The notes under the pieces are model-generated. The model saw only the letters and a program-made list of their open reading frames with translations, was not told the DNA's origin and ran no database searches. A stretch of DNA of 47,201 nt from Candidatus Bilamarchaeaceae archaeon (GTDB taxonomy: Archaea; Micrarchaeota; Micrarchaeia; Anstonellales; Bilamarchaeaceae): positions 291,700 to 338,900 of the forward strand of contig JAVZJR010000001.1 in the NCBI GenBank assembly GCA_038870635.1, read 5' to 3'. How positions within the stretch are numbered: the stretch's first letter is position 1; every line of letters starts with the position of its first letter. Both the position numbers and the translations under genes were made by a program. Positions 36,213 through 45,871 of this stretch are shown in pieces.

Positions 36213-37259
36213 TTAGTATATTATTTCGGTTAATTTTTTCTTTTTCTTTGCTATTTTTAGTTCCATCGCTATTCGTCTGCCCATGTTGACTGGTTCCTTG
36301 TAGTAGAATTGGGAGTAAGGCGAAGCTGGTACATAAACATTGGTGCCTGCAACTATTCTTGCGCTCACTTCAAATGAAAAAATTTCCATATCATCATTTA
36401 TTATTGTTTCTATGCAATACGGGCCGAAAATACCACCAAACAACTCAAAAGATGTTTCATATATTTTTCTTCCAATTTCCATATATTCAAAGAGCAATGA
36501 CTCACGGAGTACCATGGGTTCGTTTCCAACTACTGTAAATGAAAGAGGTGGTTTTAAGCCTGCTGATACGGCGCGTGCTATTTCATCAGCACTACTCTCA
36601 ACTCTTTTATCAACTCCCAGTAGCTCTATATCTCCATATTTCGTTTTGTAGCCACGAGTACTTATAGGAGAAGAGAAGTAGTGGGGATAAGCGCGTACCC
36701 CTATTATAAACTCTTGGATCATACACTCCCGGTCCCCTACTTTTTGTTCAAATTCTTTTTGAGAGTTTACAATAAGGTAGCCATGACCTCCTTTAGCACC
36801 AGGAAATTTAACCAATGCTGGGCCATTGTTATCTATTTCATCCGGTTTAAGGATTTTTGGAGTTCTTATTCCAGCCTTTCTCATCCACTCAAACATTTTT
36901 TCTCTGCTTCTTTCCCACTGAATGCTTTTTCTATTTCCATATATTGGAATTTTTAAATCATCAAATTTATCTCCAGTATATTCAACAAAAGACCCATGCG
37001 GTATTATTATTGCTTCTCTTGCTACTAGCTCATCTATTGGTATATCCTTATAACTATCGACAATAAGAAATTCATCAGGTTTTGCAAGTGGAAAAGATTC
37101 ATACAAGTTTTTTCTATCTTTTAGCACAATTCCTATTGTTTTTATTCCCTCGAGGCGTGCACCATGGAATATCTGTAAAGAAGAGTGCGAACATATGGTA
37201 GCTATCTTAAAATTTTTGTAGCTTTTTATTATTTCGTCTATTACTTTTTTTTCAACCAT
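36213..37259 (-). CDS. purP: Formate--phosphoribosylaminoimidazolecarboxamide ligase PurP (paralog 2)
   Basis: IAT..SHSSLQI..GA..EG, PHGSFVEY, GAKGG.GY, RESLL and FEVSARIVAGTN motifs. Confidence 0.92.
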   Translation of the reverse strand: MVEKKVIDEIIKSYKNFKIATICSHSSLQIFHGARLEGIKTIGIVLKDRKNLYESFPLAKPDEFLIVDSYKDIPIDELVAREAIIIPHGSFVEYTGDKFDDLKIPIYGNRKSIQWERSREKMFEWMRKAGIRTPKILKPDEIDNNGPALVKFPGAKGGHGYLIVNSQKEFEQKVGDRECMIQEFIIGVRAYPHYFSSPISTRGYKTKYGDIELLGVDKRVESSADEIARAVSAGLKPPLSFTVVGNEPMVLRESLLFEYMEIGRKIYETSFELFGGIFGPYCIETIINDDMEIFSFEVSARIVAGTNVYVPASPYSQFYYKEPVNMGRRIAMELKIAKKKKKLTEIIY

Positions 37260-37273
37260 ATTTTTTATTACTC

Positions 37274-38158
37274 TTATCTCTTAAAAAATCTTATGCTTGC
37301 TTCTTCTTTTTTTGCATTTATTCCTTCTACTCCAGCTGCCTTATCTTTCTCTTGTATGTTGTCTTGAAATTCTTTCCAGAACAAATAGAAGGTGGGTATT
37401 GCAAAAGTCTCTACGACACTGCTTACAAGTATTAGGAATAGCCATTCAAGCAATAAGATAATGAATGACTCCCAGTGATAAGTAAAAACAACTGCTAATG
37501 GTACGAAGAGCAGACCTGTCATTATAACTATAAATAAAATAATAAATGATCCTAAAACACAAATTGCAAATATAATATCAAACAATATTATTTCTATAGG
37601 TTTGCTTTTTATCATTTCAAAATTTTTCAACAGACCGCTTTTTACACCCATGTCTCTAAGAAAAACATTGTACGGCCAAAATTGAGTTATAAATATAAAA
37701 AGAATAACCGCTGTTATGAGGCCCCAATTCAAAGAGCTTTGGCTACTTATTAAGCTAAATAATATCATTAAAGGAAACGCCAATATTAAAAATAAAGAAA
37801 TGCTTAGAACTAAATATTTTAAAGATATAATTTTTACTCTATTGAAAGTTTTTATTATTCCCTCAAATGGTTTTTTTTCGAATTCAGCATTTATAAAAAA
37901 ATATTTTGAGATTTCGATTGCAACCTTTAAATAAAAGTAAATAAAAAACACTATTAAATTTAATAAAACTAGTATAATTGATTCAACATTTTGTGCAAAA
38001 AATAAATTAATTAATAGCTGTACTAACAATATTACAAAAAGCTGCGCAATTGAGGAGGTAAGGTTTATCTTAAAAAACTGGAAAAAACATCTCAAGAAAT
38101 TACTTTTTATATAGGTTAGCCATTCCTTAAAAGGTTTAAAAACAAAATCAGTTACGAT
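37274..38158 (-). CDS. Multi-pass membrane hypothetical protein, start codon uncertain
   Basis: About 6 TMs. The frame stays open 5' of the annotated TTG (38095) up to the psmA stop. Confidence 0.65.
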   Translation of the reverse strand: MVTDFVFKPFKEWLTYIKSNFLRCFFQFFKINLTSSIAQLFVILLVQLLINLFFAQNVESIILVLLNLIVFFIYFYLKVAIEISKYFFINAEFEKKPFEGIIKTFNRVKIISLKYLVLSISLFLILAFPLMILFSLISSQSSLNWGLITAVILFIFITQFWPYNVFLRDMGVKSGLLKNFEMIKSKPIEIILFDIIFAICVLGSFIILFIVIMTGLLFVPLAVVFTYHWESFIILLLEWLFLILVSSVVETFAIPTFYLFWKEFQDNIQEKDKAAGVEGINAKKEEASIRFFKR

Positions 38159-38168
38159 GCGCTCACCA

Positions 38169-38882
38169 TTATTTTAAATATTTAGCAATTTCTTTATCGC
38201 CTAGTACAGTATACCTTCTTGTACTTACTGGTATATACGCAATTTCTATGTTATTTGGGGTAGCTGCTTCTTCCTGAGTCTTTTTCAAAGCATCCACTGC
38301 AAGTCGAATGGCCTCTTCAGTAGTCATTCCTTCTCTGTATTTTTTCTCTATGTACTCGTCAACTTCCTTTTTACCTGCACCTATTGAATCAGCATAATAA
38401 GCCGTCATTGCACCGCTTGGTTCGGCTTCATAGAGCTCTGGTTTTTTAGAATTATCCACGCCGCCAATCAAAAGAGAAACACCAAATGGACGTATCCCGC
38501 CGTATTGTGTGTATATTTGCAGTAAATCACCAACACTTCTTGCAATTGTTTCAACAGGGGCGTCTTCGTTATATGTTATTCTATGTCGTTGCGCTTCTAC
38601 CCTCGCAGTTTCTACCAATCTTCTTGCATCTGCTATAAGGCCGCTTGCTGTCACTGCAATATGGTTATCAACTTCAAATATTTTTTTCAAAGAATCTGGT
38701 ACAACTAACTTTGAATGTATTGTTTTTGATGCTACAAAAACAACACTTTCTTTTGAGCAGACGCCTATTGCAGTTGCTCCTCTTTTCACTGCTTCTTTGG
38801 CATACTCTACTTGAAACAACCTTCCATCAGGACTAAAAACAGTTATCGCTCTATCATATGCTTGTGGTGATACTCCATACAT
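38169..38882 (-). CDS. psmA: Proteasome alpha subunit
   Basis: YDRAITVFSPDGRLFQVEYA signature and RPFGVSLL. Confidence 0.98.
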   Translation of the reverse strand: MYGVSPQAYDRAITVFSPDGRLFQVEYAKEAVKRGATAIGVCSKESVVFVASKTIHSKLVVPDSLKKIFEVDNHIAVTASGLIADARRLVETARVEAQRHRITYNEDAPVETIARSVGDLLQIYTQYGGIRPFGVSLLIGGVDNSKKPELYEAEPSGAMTAYYADSIGAGKKEVDEYIEKKYREGMTTEEAIRLAVDALKKTQEEAATPNNIEIAYIPVSTRRYTVLGDKEIAKYLK

Positions 38883-38991
38883 ATTAGCACCTCTTTTTTA
38901 TTTAATAACTTTGAAAACATTTAAAAATGAATACAACACCGCTTTATAATAAAAGAAATATTTATAATTTAAAACAGGTTAATCCTATCTT

Positions 38992-40737
38992 ATGCTAATT
39001 CGTTCGCCTATAGTCTGCGTTCTTGGCCATGTTGACCATGGCAAAACTTCAATTCTTGATTCTATTAGAGGTTCCAGAGTGGCGGCCAAGGAAGCGGGCG
39101 GAATAACACAAATGATTGGCGCAAGCTATGTAAAAAAAGAAGACATTGAAGAGGTGGCAAAAGATCTTAGAGGAAAAATGAATTTCAATCTTAAAATACC
39201 TGGCCTACTTTTTATTGATACGCCCGGACATGAAGCATTTACTAATTTAAGAGATCGTGGCGGAAGCATTGCTGACATAGCAGTACTAGTGGTTGATATC
39301 GCACAAGGTTTTCAACCGCAAACCGTTGAAAGTATCCGCATATTAAGACAATATAAGACCCCTTTTGTAGTTGCTGCAAACAAAATAGACTTAACAAGCG
39401 GTTGGAAAGAGCAGGGAACAACTTCTTTTATTTCTTCATTTTCAAAACAACCATCGCACGTCAAGGAAAAACTCGAAGAACAAATTTATGTCCTCATGGG
39501 TAAACTTTCAGAACATGGTTTTGATTGTGAAAGGTTTGATCGAGTTACTGATTTTAGAAAACAAGTAGCAATAATACCGATAAGCGCTAAAACAAAGGAA
39601 GGTTTAAGCGAGTTGCTTATGCTTTTGGCAGGCCTCAGTCAAAAATTCTTAGAGAACAAGTTGGAGATAGATGAGAATGGTAATGGAAAAGGAAGTATAT
39701 TGGAAGTTAAAGAAGATAAAGGACTTGGAACAGTGGTGGATGTCATCGTTTATGATGGTGTTTTTAAGAAAGGCGATGAAGTGATCTTTTTAAGCATGAA
39801 TGGCCCAAAAAAGACAAAGATAAGAAGCATTCTCTTACCAAACATAAAAGGGGGGAAGGAGAAATACATACAACTAGAAAAAGTTGCAGCAGCCGCTGGT
39901 GTTAGACTTTTTGCTCCTGGTTTTGAGGACGCTATTTCTGGTTCTCCAATTGAAACTAGTGTAGAGAGCACAAATGAAGAGAAAAAATTTGCTGATCTTT
40001 ATAAAAATATAATCTTCTCAAAAGTAGACGATGGGGTTGTGGTAAAGGCAGATAGTCTTGGCTCCTTAGAAGCTTTAATTCGATTACTTACTGATGCAAA
40101 AATACCTATAAGATCTGCTGGGATTGGTAAGATAACTAAAAAAGATGTACTGGAAGCAGAGGTGGTGGCTGCAAATGATCGCTATTGCGGCGCTGTTTTA
40201 GGTTTTAACGTTTATGCAATGGATGATGCAATCGCGGAAGCACAAAACAAAAAAATACCATTGATAATAAGCGATATAATCTACAAAGTAGTTGAGAATT
40301 ATCAAAATTGGGTAGTAGAAGAAAAAGATAGGAGCAAGAAAAGTATTGGCGAGAAACTTCCCTGGCCAGCAGAGATAAAAATTCTGCCAGGGTGTTGTTT
40401 TAGAATGTGCAAACCAGCCATATTTGGTGTTAAGGTATTGCGAGGCGCATTGAAACCTGGCGTAAAACTAATGAACGCAAAGGGCGAGATTATAGGAGAA
40501 TTAAGAGAAATGCAGCATGAGAAAACAAAATTGGAAAAGGCAAGTAGAGGAATGGAGATCGCTCTATCTTGTGATTCACTTGTGTTAGGTAAAGATGCAA
40601 AAGAGGAAGATATTCTTTACACTTATATTTCAAAAGAAGAAATAGACGAATGGGAGAAAAATTTAAACATTCTAAACGATGAAGAAAAGCAGCTTTTAGA
40701 GGAGATAAAAAAAATTGTTTTGAAACCAGTTTGGTGA
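38992..40737 (+). CDS. infB: Translation initiation factor aIF5B (IF-2)
   Basis: [33 protein letters not shown] and NKID motifs. Confidence 0.97.
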   Translation: MLIRSPIVCVLGHVDHGKTSILDSIRGSRVAAKEAGGITQMIGASYVKKEDIEEVAKDLRGKMNFNLKIPGLLFIDTPGHEAFTNLRDRGGSIADIAVLVVDIAQGFQPQTVESIRILRQYKTPFVVAANKIDLTSGWKEQGTTSFISSFSKQPSHVKEKLEEQIYVLMGKLSEHGFDCERFDRVTDFRKQVAIIPISAKTKEGLSELLMLLAGLSQKFLENKLEIDENGNGKGSILEVKEDKGLGTVVDVIVYDGVFKKGDEVIFLSMNGPKKTKIRSILLPNIKGGKEKYIQLEKVAAAAGVRLFAPGFEDAISGSPIETSVESTNEEKKFADLYKNIIFSKVDDGVVVKADSLGSLEALIRLLTDAKIPIRSAGIGKITKKDVLEAEVVAANDRYCGAVLGFNVYAMDDAIAEAQNKKIPLIISDIIYKVVENYQNWVVEEKDRSKKSIGEKLPWPAEIKILPGCCFRMCKPAIFGVKVLRGALKPGVKLMNAKGEIIGELREMQHEKTKLEKASRGMEIALSCDSLVLGKDAKEEDILYTYISKEEIDEWEKNLNILNDEEKQLLEEIKKIVLKPVW

Positions 40738-40741
40738 GATA

Positions 40742-41908
40742 ATGGTAGAGCCGCTCACTTCTAAATATTCTCCAAAAAAAATAAACGATTTGATTGGTAA
40801 TGATGAGGTAAAAGAAATAATAAGAAGATGGGCATTAAACTGGCTTTCTGGAAACAAAAGAAAGCCGCTTTTGCTCTATGGCCCCCCTGGGGTGGGGAAA
40901 ACCAGCACGGCTTATGCTCTTGCTTCTGAGTATGGTTTTGAGATAATAGAGATGAATGCAAGTGATTTAAGAAATAAGGAGAGGGTTGAGCAAGTTGCTC
41001 TTAACGCAGCCAATATGAGCACGCTTAGTGGCTCTCTTCGTCTTATTCTAATAGATGATGTGGATATATTTATAGGTAAGAAGGATACTGGTGGTTTGGG
41101 TGCAGTTGTAAGAGCACTTAAAGAAACAAGCAACCCGATAATACTGACCGCTACAGATATTTGGGATAAAAAATTAGCACCGATACGCGTAGAGTGTGAA
41201 AGGATTGAATTTAAAAGAGTCAGCAGGGTTGCGATTAAAAAACATCTCGCAACTATCGCAAAAAATGAGGGAATAGAGATAAACGAGAGCGAATTAGACG
41301 CCATAGTGCAAAATTCTAACGGTGACGTGCGTTCTGCGATAATCGACCTTCAAGCAAAGCGGCCAAGTCCACGAGATCGTGAAGAAGATATATTTTGGAG
41401 AGTTCGTTCTATCTTTAAGGCTAATACATACGCAGAGGCAAAAGAAGCGTTAAAAGGTGATTTAGATTATAAACTATTGTTGCTGTGGTTAGACGAGAAC
41501 ATACCTGAAGAATACGAGAGGAAGGAAGATTTAGCAAAGGCTTTTTTTTGGCTTTCTCGTTCTGATGTTTTTTTGGGAAGAGCAGAAAGGGGCGATTGGG
41601 TAATGCTGAAATACTCTTTGGACCTTATGAGCGCGGGAGTGGGTTTAGCAAAAGAGACTGTTTACCGAAAGTTTACTAAATATCAGTATCCTTCATATTT
41701 AAAGAAAATGGGCGCGTCTGTAGAAACTCGTCGAATGCTTATTGCTATAGGAGAGAAAGTTGGAAGGATAACACACACAAACGCTGTTGAAGCGCGCTCT
41801 TATTTTAAATTTTTAGCAAAAATACCCGAGAGCCTTTTATCGGAAAAATATCTTCTTGAAGATGAAGAAATAGCTTTTCTCCGAGTTTTTGAAAGAGATA
41901 AACTTTAA
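40742..41908 (+). CDS. rfcL: Replication factor C large subunit
   Basis: KY.PK, GPPGVGKT, EMNASD.R, GD.RSAI.DLQ and W..EN motifs. Confidence 0.93.
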   Translation: MVEPLTSKYSPKKINDLIGNDEVKEIIRRWALNWLSGNKRKPLLLYGPPGVGKTSTAYALASEYGFEIIEMNASDLRNKERVEQVALNAANMSTLSGSLRLILIDDVDIFIGKKDTGGLGAVVRALKETSNPIILTATDIWDKKLAPIRVECERIEFKRVSRVAIKKHLATIAKNEGIEINESELDAIVQNSNGDVRSAIIDLQAKRPSPRDREEDIFWRVRSIFKANTYAEAKEALKGDLDYKLLLLWLDENIPEEYERKEDLAKAFFWLSRSDVFLGRAERGDWVMLKYSLDLMSAGVGLAKETVYRKFTKYQYPSYLKKMGASVETRRMLIAIGEKVGRITHTNAVEARSYFKFLAKIPESLLSEKYLLEDEEIAFLRVFERDKL

Positions 41909-43413
41909 AAAAAATGTGATATTTTTGTTTGCCCAATCTTTCTTATATTTACATTTTCATCTTTCTTTTCAATTTTTTTAACATTGCCATCTCTTTGTTG
42001 TTTTGCTTGTATAGCATAAAGTATCTGCTTCATTTTTTTCTCACGATTTATTGAAGCCCAATAATAATATTCATCTCTTGTTCCTCTTGTCATAAGGATG
42101 TAAACCTCCCCTTCTTTTAATCTTGCTGCTCTTCCTCTTCTCTGTATGCTTCTTATCTCACTTGGTATGGGCTCGTAAAAAATAACCGCATCAACCTTAG
42201 GTATGTCTAAACCTTCTTCACCAATGCTGCTCGCCACCAAAACAGAAAACTTGTCATCGCGAAATTCAGCTATTGTTTCTTCCTGTTGCTTTCTTGTTAC
42301 ACCATCTTTTCTTCCGACAAATTGTTTAGCAGCTATTCCATTCTTTTTTAGCTCATCTTCTATTTTTTTTATCTGATCACGGTACTGCGCAAATACAATT
42401 ATTTTTTTACCTCTTAATTCTTTTACTAGTTCGACTAATTTTTTAAGTTTAGGATGCTCTTCTTCAGTGCCATAAACTATTTTTTTTATTTCTGCTATCT
42501 CTGGTGTTTTTAGCAACATCTTTGCTGATTTGCTTTCTTTAGTATCGACTTTTTCTAAGTATGTTCTCATCGCATGCAAACCTTGTGTCTCGAGCAGCTC
42601 AGTTAAATGCAGAACATTCATTAAGGCATAATATTTTACCATAGCTGGATACTTCTTTCCGGTTGGTATGTTTCTTATCTTCTCTCCAAGCAACATAAAT
42701 TGTCCTTTGTGCTTTAATGGTGGAGGAAAGCCGAGAGCAGCCAGTTCTTGCGAATATTTTTTTACAAGGGTATCGAGTTCATTTTTTATTTCTCTCAAAG
42801 TAGGCGAAAGGTCAACACCTATCCATTTTATTGTGCTTTTCTTTATGTAAGGCGACACATCAGGGTCTTGGCTCGTTCTTATCTCAACATTTTTTATCTT
42901 AAGATTTTCTAAAACCTCTGTAATTCTTTCTTTTTTCCCTCCAGGGGAAGCGGTCATGCCGACTATTAAGGCATTTGGGAGGGCTGCCGCTATTTTCACA
43001 TACGCATAATCTCCTACCGCCCGATGGCATTCATCAAAAATGCACAGAACAAAATCACGTGGCGCTATACCATTCTCAATATCGTTTGCGATTGTTTGTG
43101 GTGTTGCAACAATTATGTTTTTTTTATATAGTTCTTTTCTCTTATCTGCTGGTTTGTCTCCAGTCATAAGTTCTATGTCCTTGTCTTCTACTTCGATTAT
43201 TTCTTTTATACTCTCATAGTGTTGTTTTGCCAACGGTTTTGTAGGGGTGAGAAAAAGGCAGCGCCCCCTCCCTCTAAATTTGTCTATGAGCATAAGGGCT
43301 ATTAGTGTCTTTCCCATGCCTGTTGGTAGCACTACCAATGTATTTCCTTTCTCTAGTATGGAATGATATATCGCAAGCTGATATGCTCGGGGCGTTTGTT
43401 TCACAATAAACAC
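41905..43413 (-). CDS. Hef/FANCM(Mph1)-like SF2 helicase without ERCC4 nuclease domain
   Basis: PR.YQ, LPTGMGKT, DECHRA.G.YAY, TASPG, EEGLDIP and QRRGR motifs; ends with PIP-like QTKISHFF. Confidence 0.9.
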   Translation of the reverse strand: MFIVKQTPRAYQLAIYHSILEKGNTLVVLPTGMGKTLIALMLIDKFRGRGRCLFLTPTKPLAKQHYESIKEIIEVEDKDIELMTGDKPADKRKELYKKNIIVATPQTIANDIENGIAPRDFVLCIFDECHRAVGDYAYVKIAAALPNALIVGMTASPGGKKERITEVLENLKIKNVEIRTSQDPDVSPYIKKSTIKWIGVDLSPTLREIKNELDTLVKKYSQELAALGFPPPLKHKGQFMLLGEKIRNIPTGKKYPAMVKYYALMNVLHLTELLETQGLHAMRTYLEKVDTKESKSAKMLLKTPEIAEIKKIVYGTEEEHPKLKKLVELVKELRGKKIIVFAQYRDQIKKIEDELKKNGIAAKQFVGRKDGVTRKQQEETIAEFRDDKFSVLVASSIGEEGLDIPKVDAVIFYEPIPSEIRSIQRRGRAARLKEGEVYILMTRGTRDEYYYWASINREKKMKQILYAIQAKQQRDGNVKKIEKKDENVNIRKIGQTKISHFF

Positions 43414-43495
43414 ATGTTAAAAACGAATTAAAAGTGTTCGCATATTGTCAAACTCATGGCGATAATTTATAATATCTTGCAGAAGAATTATTAAT

Positions 43496-44239
43496 ATGGG
43501 CGAAGAAGAAAATAAAAGAAAAATAAAATATAGTCGAATGCCACTTATTTTTGAAGTTGATATAAATCACCTTTGTTGGTTTTGCGACGTTACTGAAAAA
43601 AATCCCGATACAGTTATTATTTCTACTTTTTCTAGATTTTGGGGCGATTTGATAGTTAATACTATACAACTCTCTTCGCCAGATCCTAAAAAAGTTATTG
43701 AATTTATAAAAAAACATCCTCTTGTAAAAAAAGTGGAAGTCGTTAATATCACTCCTAACAGCGCGCTTTTGTTTGTCACTTCAAGCTACCAAGCCATGAC
43801 TTATAAAATTCTTCATAGGTCAAACGTTGTCCTCCTTGAATCACCAATAACAAAAGAAGGTGTTGATTCTGAAATCCTTCTGGCGCCATCATATAAGGCG
43901 ATGGTTGAATTTCTTAATAGGTTAAAAGAAGAAAAGAATTATAATGAGATAAAGTTAAAGAGAAAACACTATCTTAGGCCAGAAGATTCTGTATCACTAA
44001 ACATCTTTAAAACAAGCGGTTTTTTTGATCTTAAAACTGCAAAAGAGATGCTAACCGCAAAACAGTTCGAAATATTTAGTCTTGCTTGCAGATATGGTTA
44101 CTATGACAACCCGAAAAAGATAACGATAAATGAGCTAGCGGAACTTGTTGGTGTGGCACCATCCACTCTTGCTGAACATTTAAGAAAAATAGAAGCAAAG
44201 ATAATGCCTATCCTCTTAAAAATAATGCATAAGGTATAG
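43496..44239 (+). CDS. Transcriptional regulator with C-terminal Bat-type HTH (HTH_10)
   Basis: LT.KQ.E...LA...GYYD.PK.IT..ELA..VG..PSTL.EHLRK.E.K signature. Confidence 0.88.
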   Translation: MGEEENKRKIKYSRMPLIFEVDINHLCWFCDVTEKNPDTVIISTFSRFWGDLIVNTIQLSSPDPKKVIEFIKKHPLVKKVEVVNITPNSALLFVTSSYQAMTYKILHRSNVVLLESPITKEGVDSEILLAPSYKAMVEFLNRLKEEKNYNEIKLKRKHYLRPEDSVSLNIFKTSGFFDLKTAKEMLTAKQFEIFSLACRYGYYDNPKKITINELAELVGVAPSTLAEHLRKIEAKIMPILLKIMHKV

Positions 44240-44289
44240 CCATTCTTATACGGCATCAACTTTTTAAATAAAATTAATGAAAAATAAAC

Positions 44290-45867
44290 ATGACACAATT
44301 TCATTTGAGTAGTTCCTATGCTATGTTAAATAGTAAGTGGTTATCCACAACAAAAATAATATTTAAGGATGAAATCGGGGAACTTAGCGATTACGCCCAG
44401 TGGCTTAAAGAATACTTACCAGCTCTTGGAAAAAGAAAATCTTATGTTTCAGGAAAGGAAGTTACACTCGTACGTGATTACTATCCTTCTCGTGCGCTTT
44501 TTATTTCTGCGGACGAAATAAAAGATATAGAGATGAAACCACTCACTATAAATGAGATAAAAGATATAGATTCTATAATAAATGCCGTATCAGAAAAATG
44601 GATGTATGCAGGTAATAAAATTCTAGGTAATTCAAATTTTGTTGAATCATCTGATTTAATAATTGATTCCCAATATGTAATTGATTCTGCAGACATATCA
44701 GAATCAACATATGTTTTTGGTTCTTCGCTCATAAGAAAAGGAAGCAAATATATTTTTGGTTCTCATTTTGGCGGCAACGGGGAGTTTATCGTTCGGACAG
44801 GAGCTTTTTTCAATGCAAAAAGAGTTTTTGAAAGTTTTATAATTACCGATAGCAGTGATATTTATTTCTCTCATCTTTGCGAAGGTTGTAATGAACTTTT
44901 ATTTTCTTTTTTCCAGAAAAATAAAAGTTATTGTATAGGGAATCTCCAACTTTCGAAAGATAAGTATTTTTCCCTAAAAAATAAAATCATTAGTGAATTA
45001 GCATATGAACTGAAGAAACATAAAAAATTTCCCTCGCTTTTTGAGATTATTTCAAATAAAAAATTACAAAATATCCGTCTAGCACCAAAAAAAGAAGCGG
45101 CGGGTGATATCAAACCAATAGAAAGAGCCTTTTCCTCTACATTTAACATATTGTTTAAGAAAGAGGCATCCTCTTTAGTTGACTATGAAAAATGGTTATC
45201 TAAGTATTTAACTAGAATAAAGGATATCAAATCCGCTTTTGGTTATCCTACATATATGTTAGAAGGTACAGAGTTCCCATGTTTACCAAAAATGCCCCCC
45301 CACCGCTTAGTCTCTTTTTATGAAGGAATAGAGCTCGGAAATTTATCTCTTGAAGAAAAAGATATAACATCGCTGGCGCGTATTATTGAAAATCTTTACC
45401 AAATTGCTTTTTTTACAGTTGAATTGAGAAGTGGCAGGGCAAGCAATATAATAAGTTCGCCCCTCGTTTATAATGGTTCAGATATATACAAGGTATATGA
45501 TGCTACTTTTACTCTTTATGCCGGTGTTTGCTCAATGGCTCTTAATTCTAAATATGTTTTCGGTTGTTATCGTATTCTCGAATCTGAGTTCTGTATAAAA
45601 TGTTATAATTCTCTTTATCTTAAAAGGTGTTTTGAATTAGACTCTTCAACAAAATGTTCTGATTCATTTTTTTGCCATAATTGTGAGGGTTTACTAGATT
45701 GTATGTTTTGCTTTAATATAAAAGCAAAAAGAAATACAATTGGTAATCTGTCTCTTCCATCTGACAAATACAAAATATTAAAAATGAATCTTATAGAGCA
45801 AATAGGAAATGAGTTAAATAAAAATGGGGACCTAAAATGGGATATTTATAATATAGGCGGATTGTAA
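44290..45867 (+). CDS. Internally duplicated Cys/Ser-rich repeat hypothetical protein
   Basis: Two halves each have W/F.ST..I.FK.E...L.DY..WL..Y and F.F..K.K...IGNL.L..DKY..LK..I...; C-x-x-C/S short repeats lie between. Confidence 0.78.
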   Translation: MTQFHLSSSYAMLNSKWLSTTKIIFKDEIGELSDYAQWLKEYLPALGKRKSYVSGKEVTLVRDYYPSRALFISADEIKDIEMKPLTINEIKDIDSIINAVSEKWMYAGNKILGNSNFVESSDLIIDSQYVIDSADISESTYVFGSSLIRKGSKYIFGSHFGGNGEFIVRTGAFFNAKRVFESFIITDSSDIYFSHLCEGCNELLFSFFQKNKSYCIGNLQLSKDKYFSLKNKIISELAYELKKHKKFPSLFEIISNKKLQNIRLAPKKEAAGDIKPIERAFSSTFNILFKKEASSLVDYEKWLSKYLTRIKDIKSAFGYPTYMLEGTEFPCLPKMPPHRLVSFYEGIELGNLSLEEKDITSLARIIENLYQIAFFTVELRSGRASNIISSPLVYNGSDIYKVYDATFTLYAGVCSMALNSKYVFGCYRILESEFCIKCYNSLYLKRCFELDSSTKCSDSFFCHNCEGLLDCMFCFNIKAKRNTIGNLSLPSDKYKILKMNLIEQIGNELNKNGDLKWDIYNIGGL

Positions 45868-45871
45868 GGTA

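Noticed and set aside
38992..41908. Inteins in aIF5B or RFC (common archaeal intein hosts)
   Set aside because: Protein lengths are normal or short, and there are no intein splice-junction or LAGLIDADG motifs.
44290..45867. Diversity-generating retroelement target
   Set aside because: No reverse transcriptase, and no near-identical TR/VR pair differing at adenines was seen; the duplication is old and visible only at protein level.
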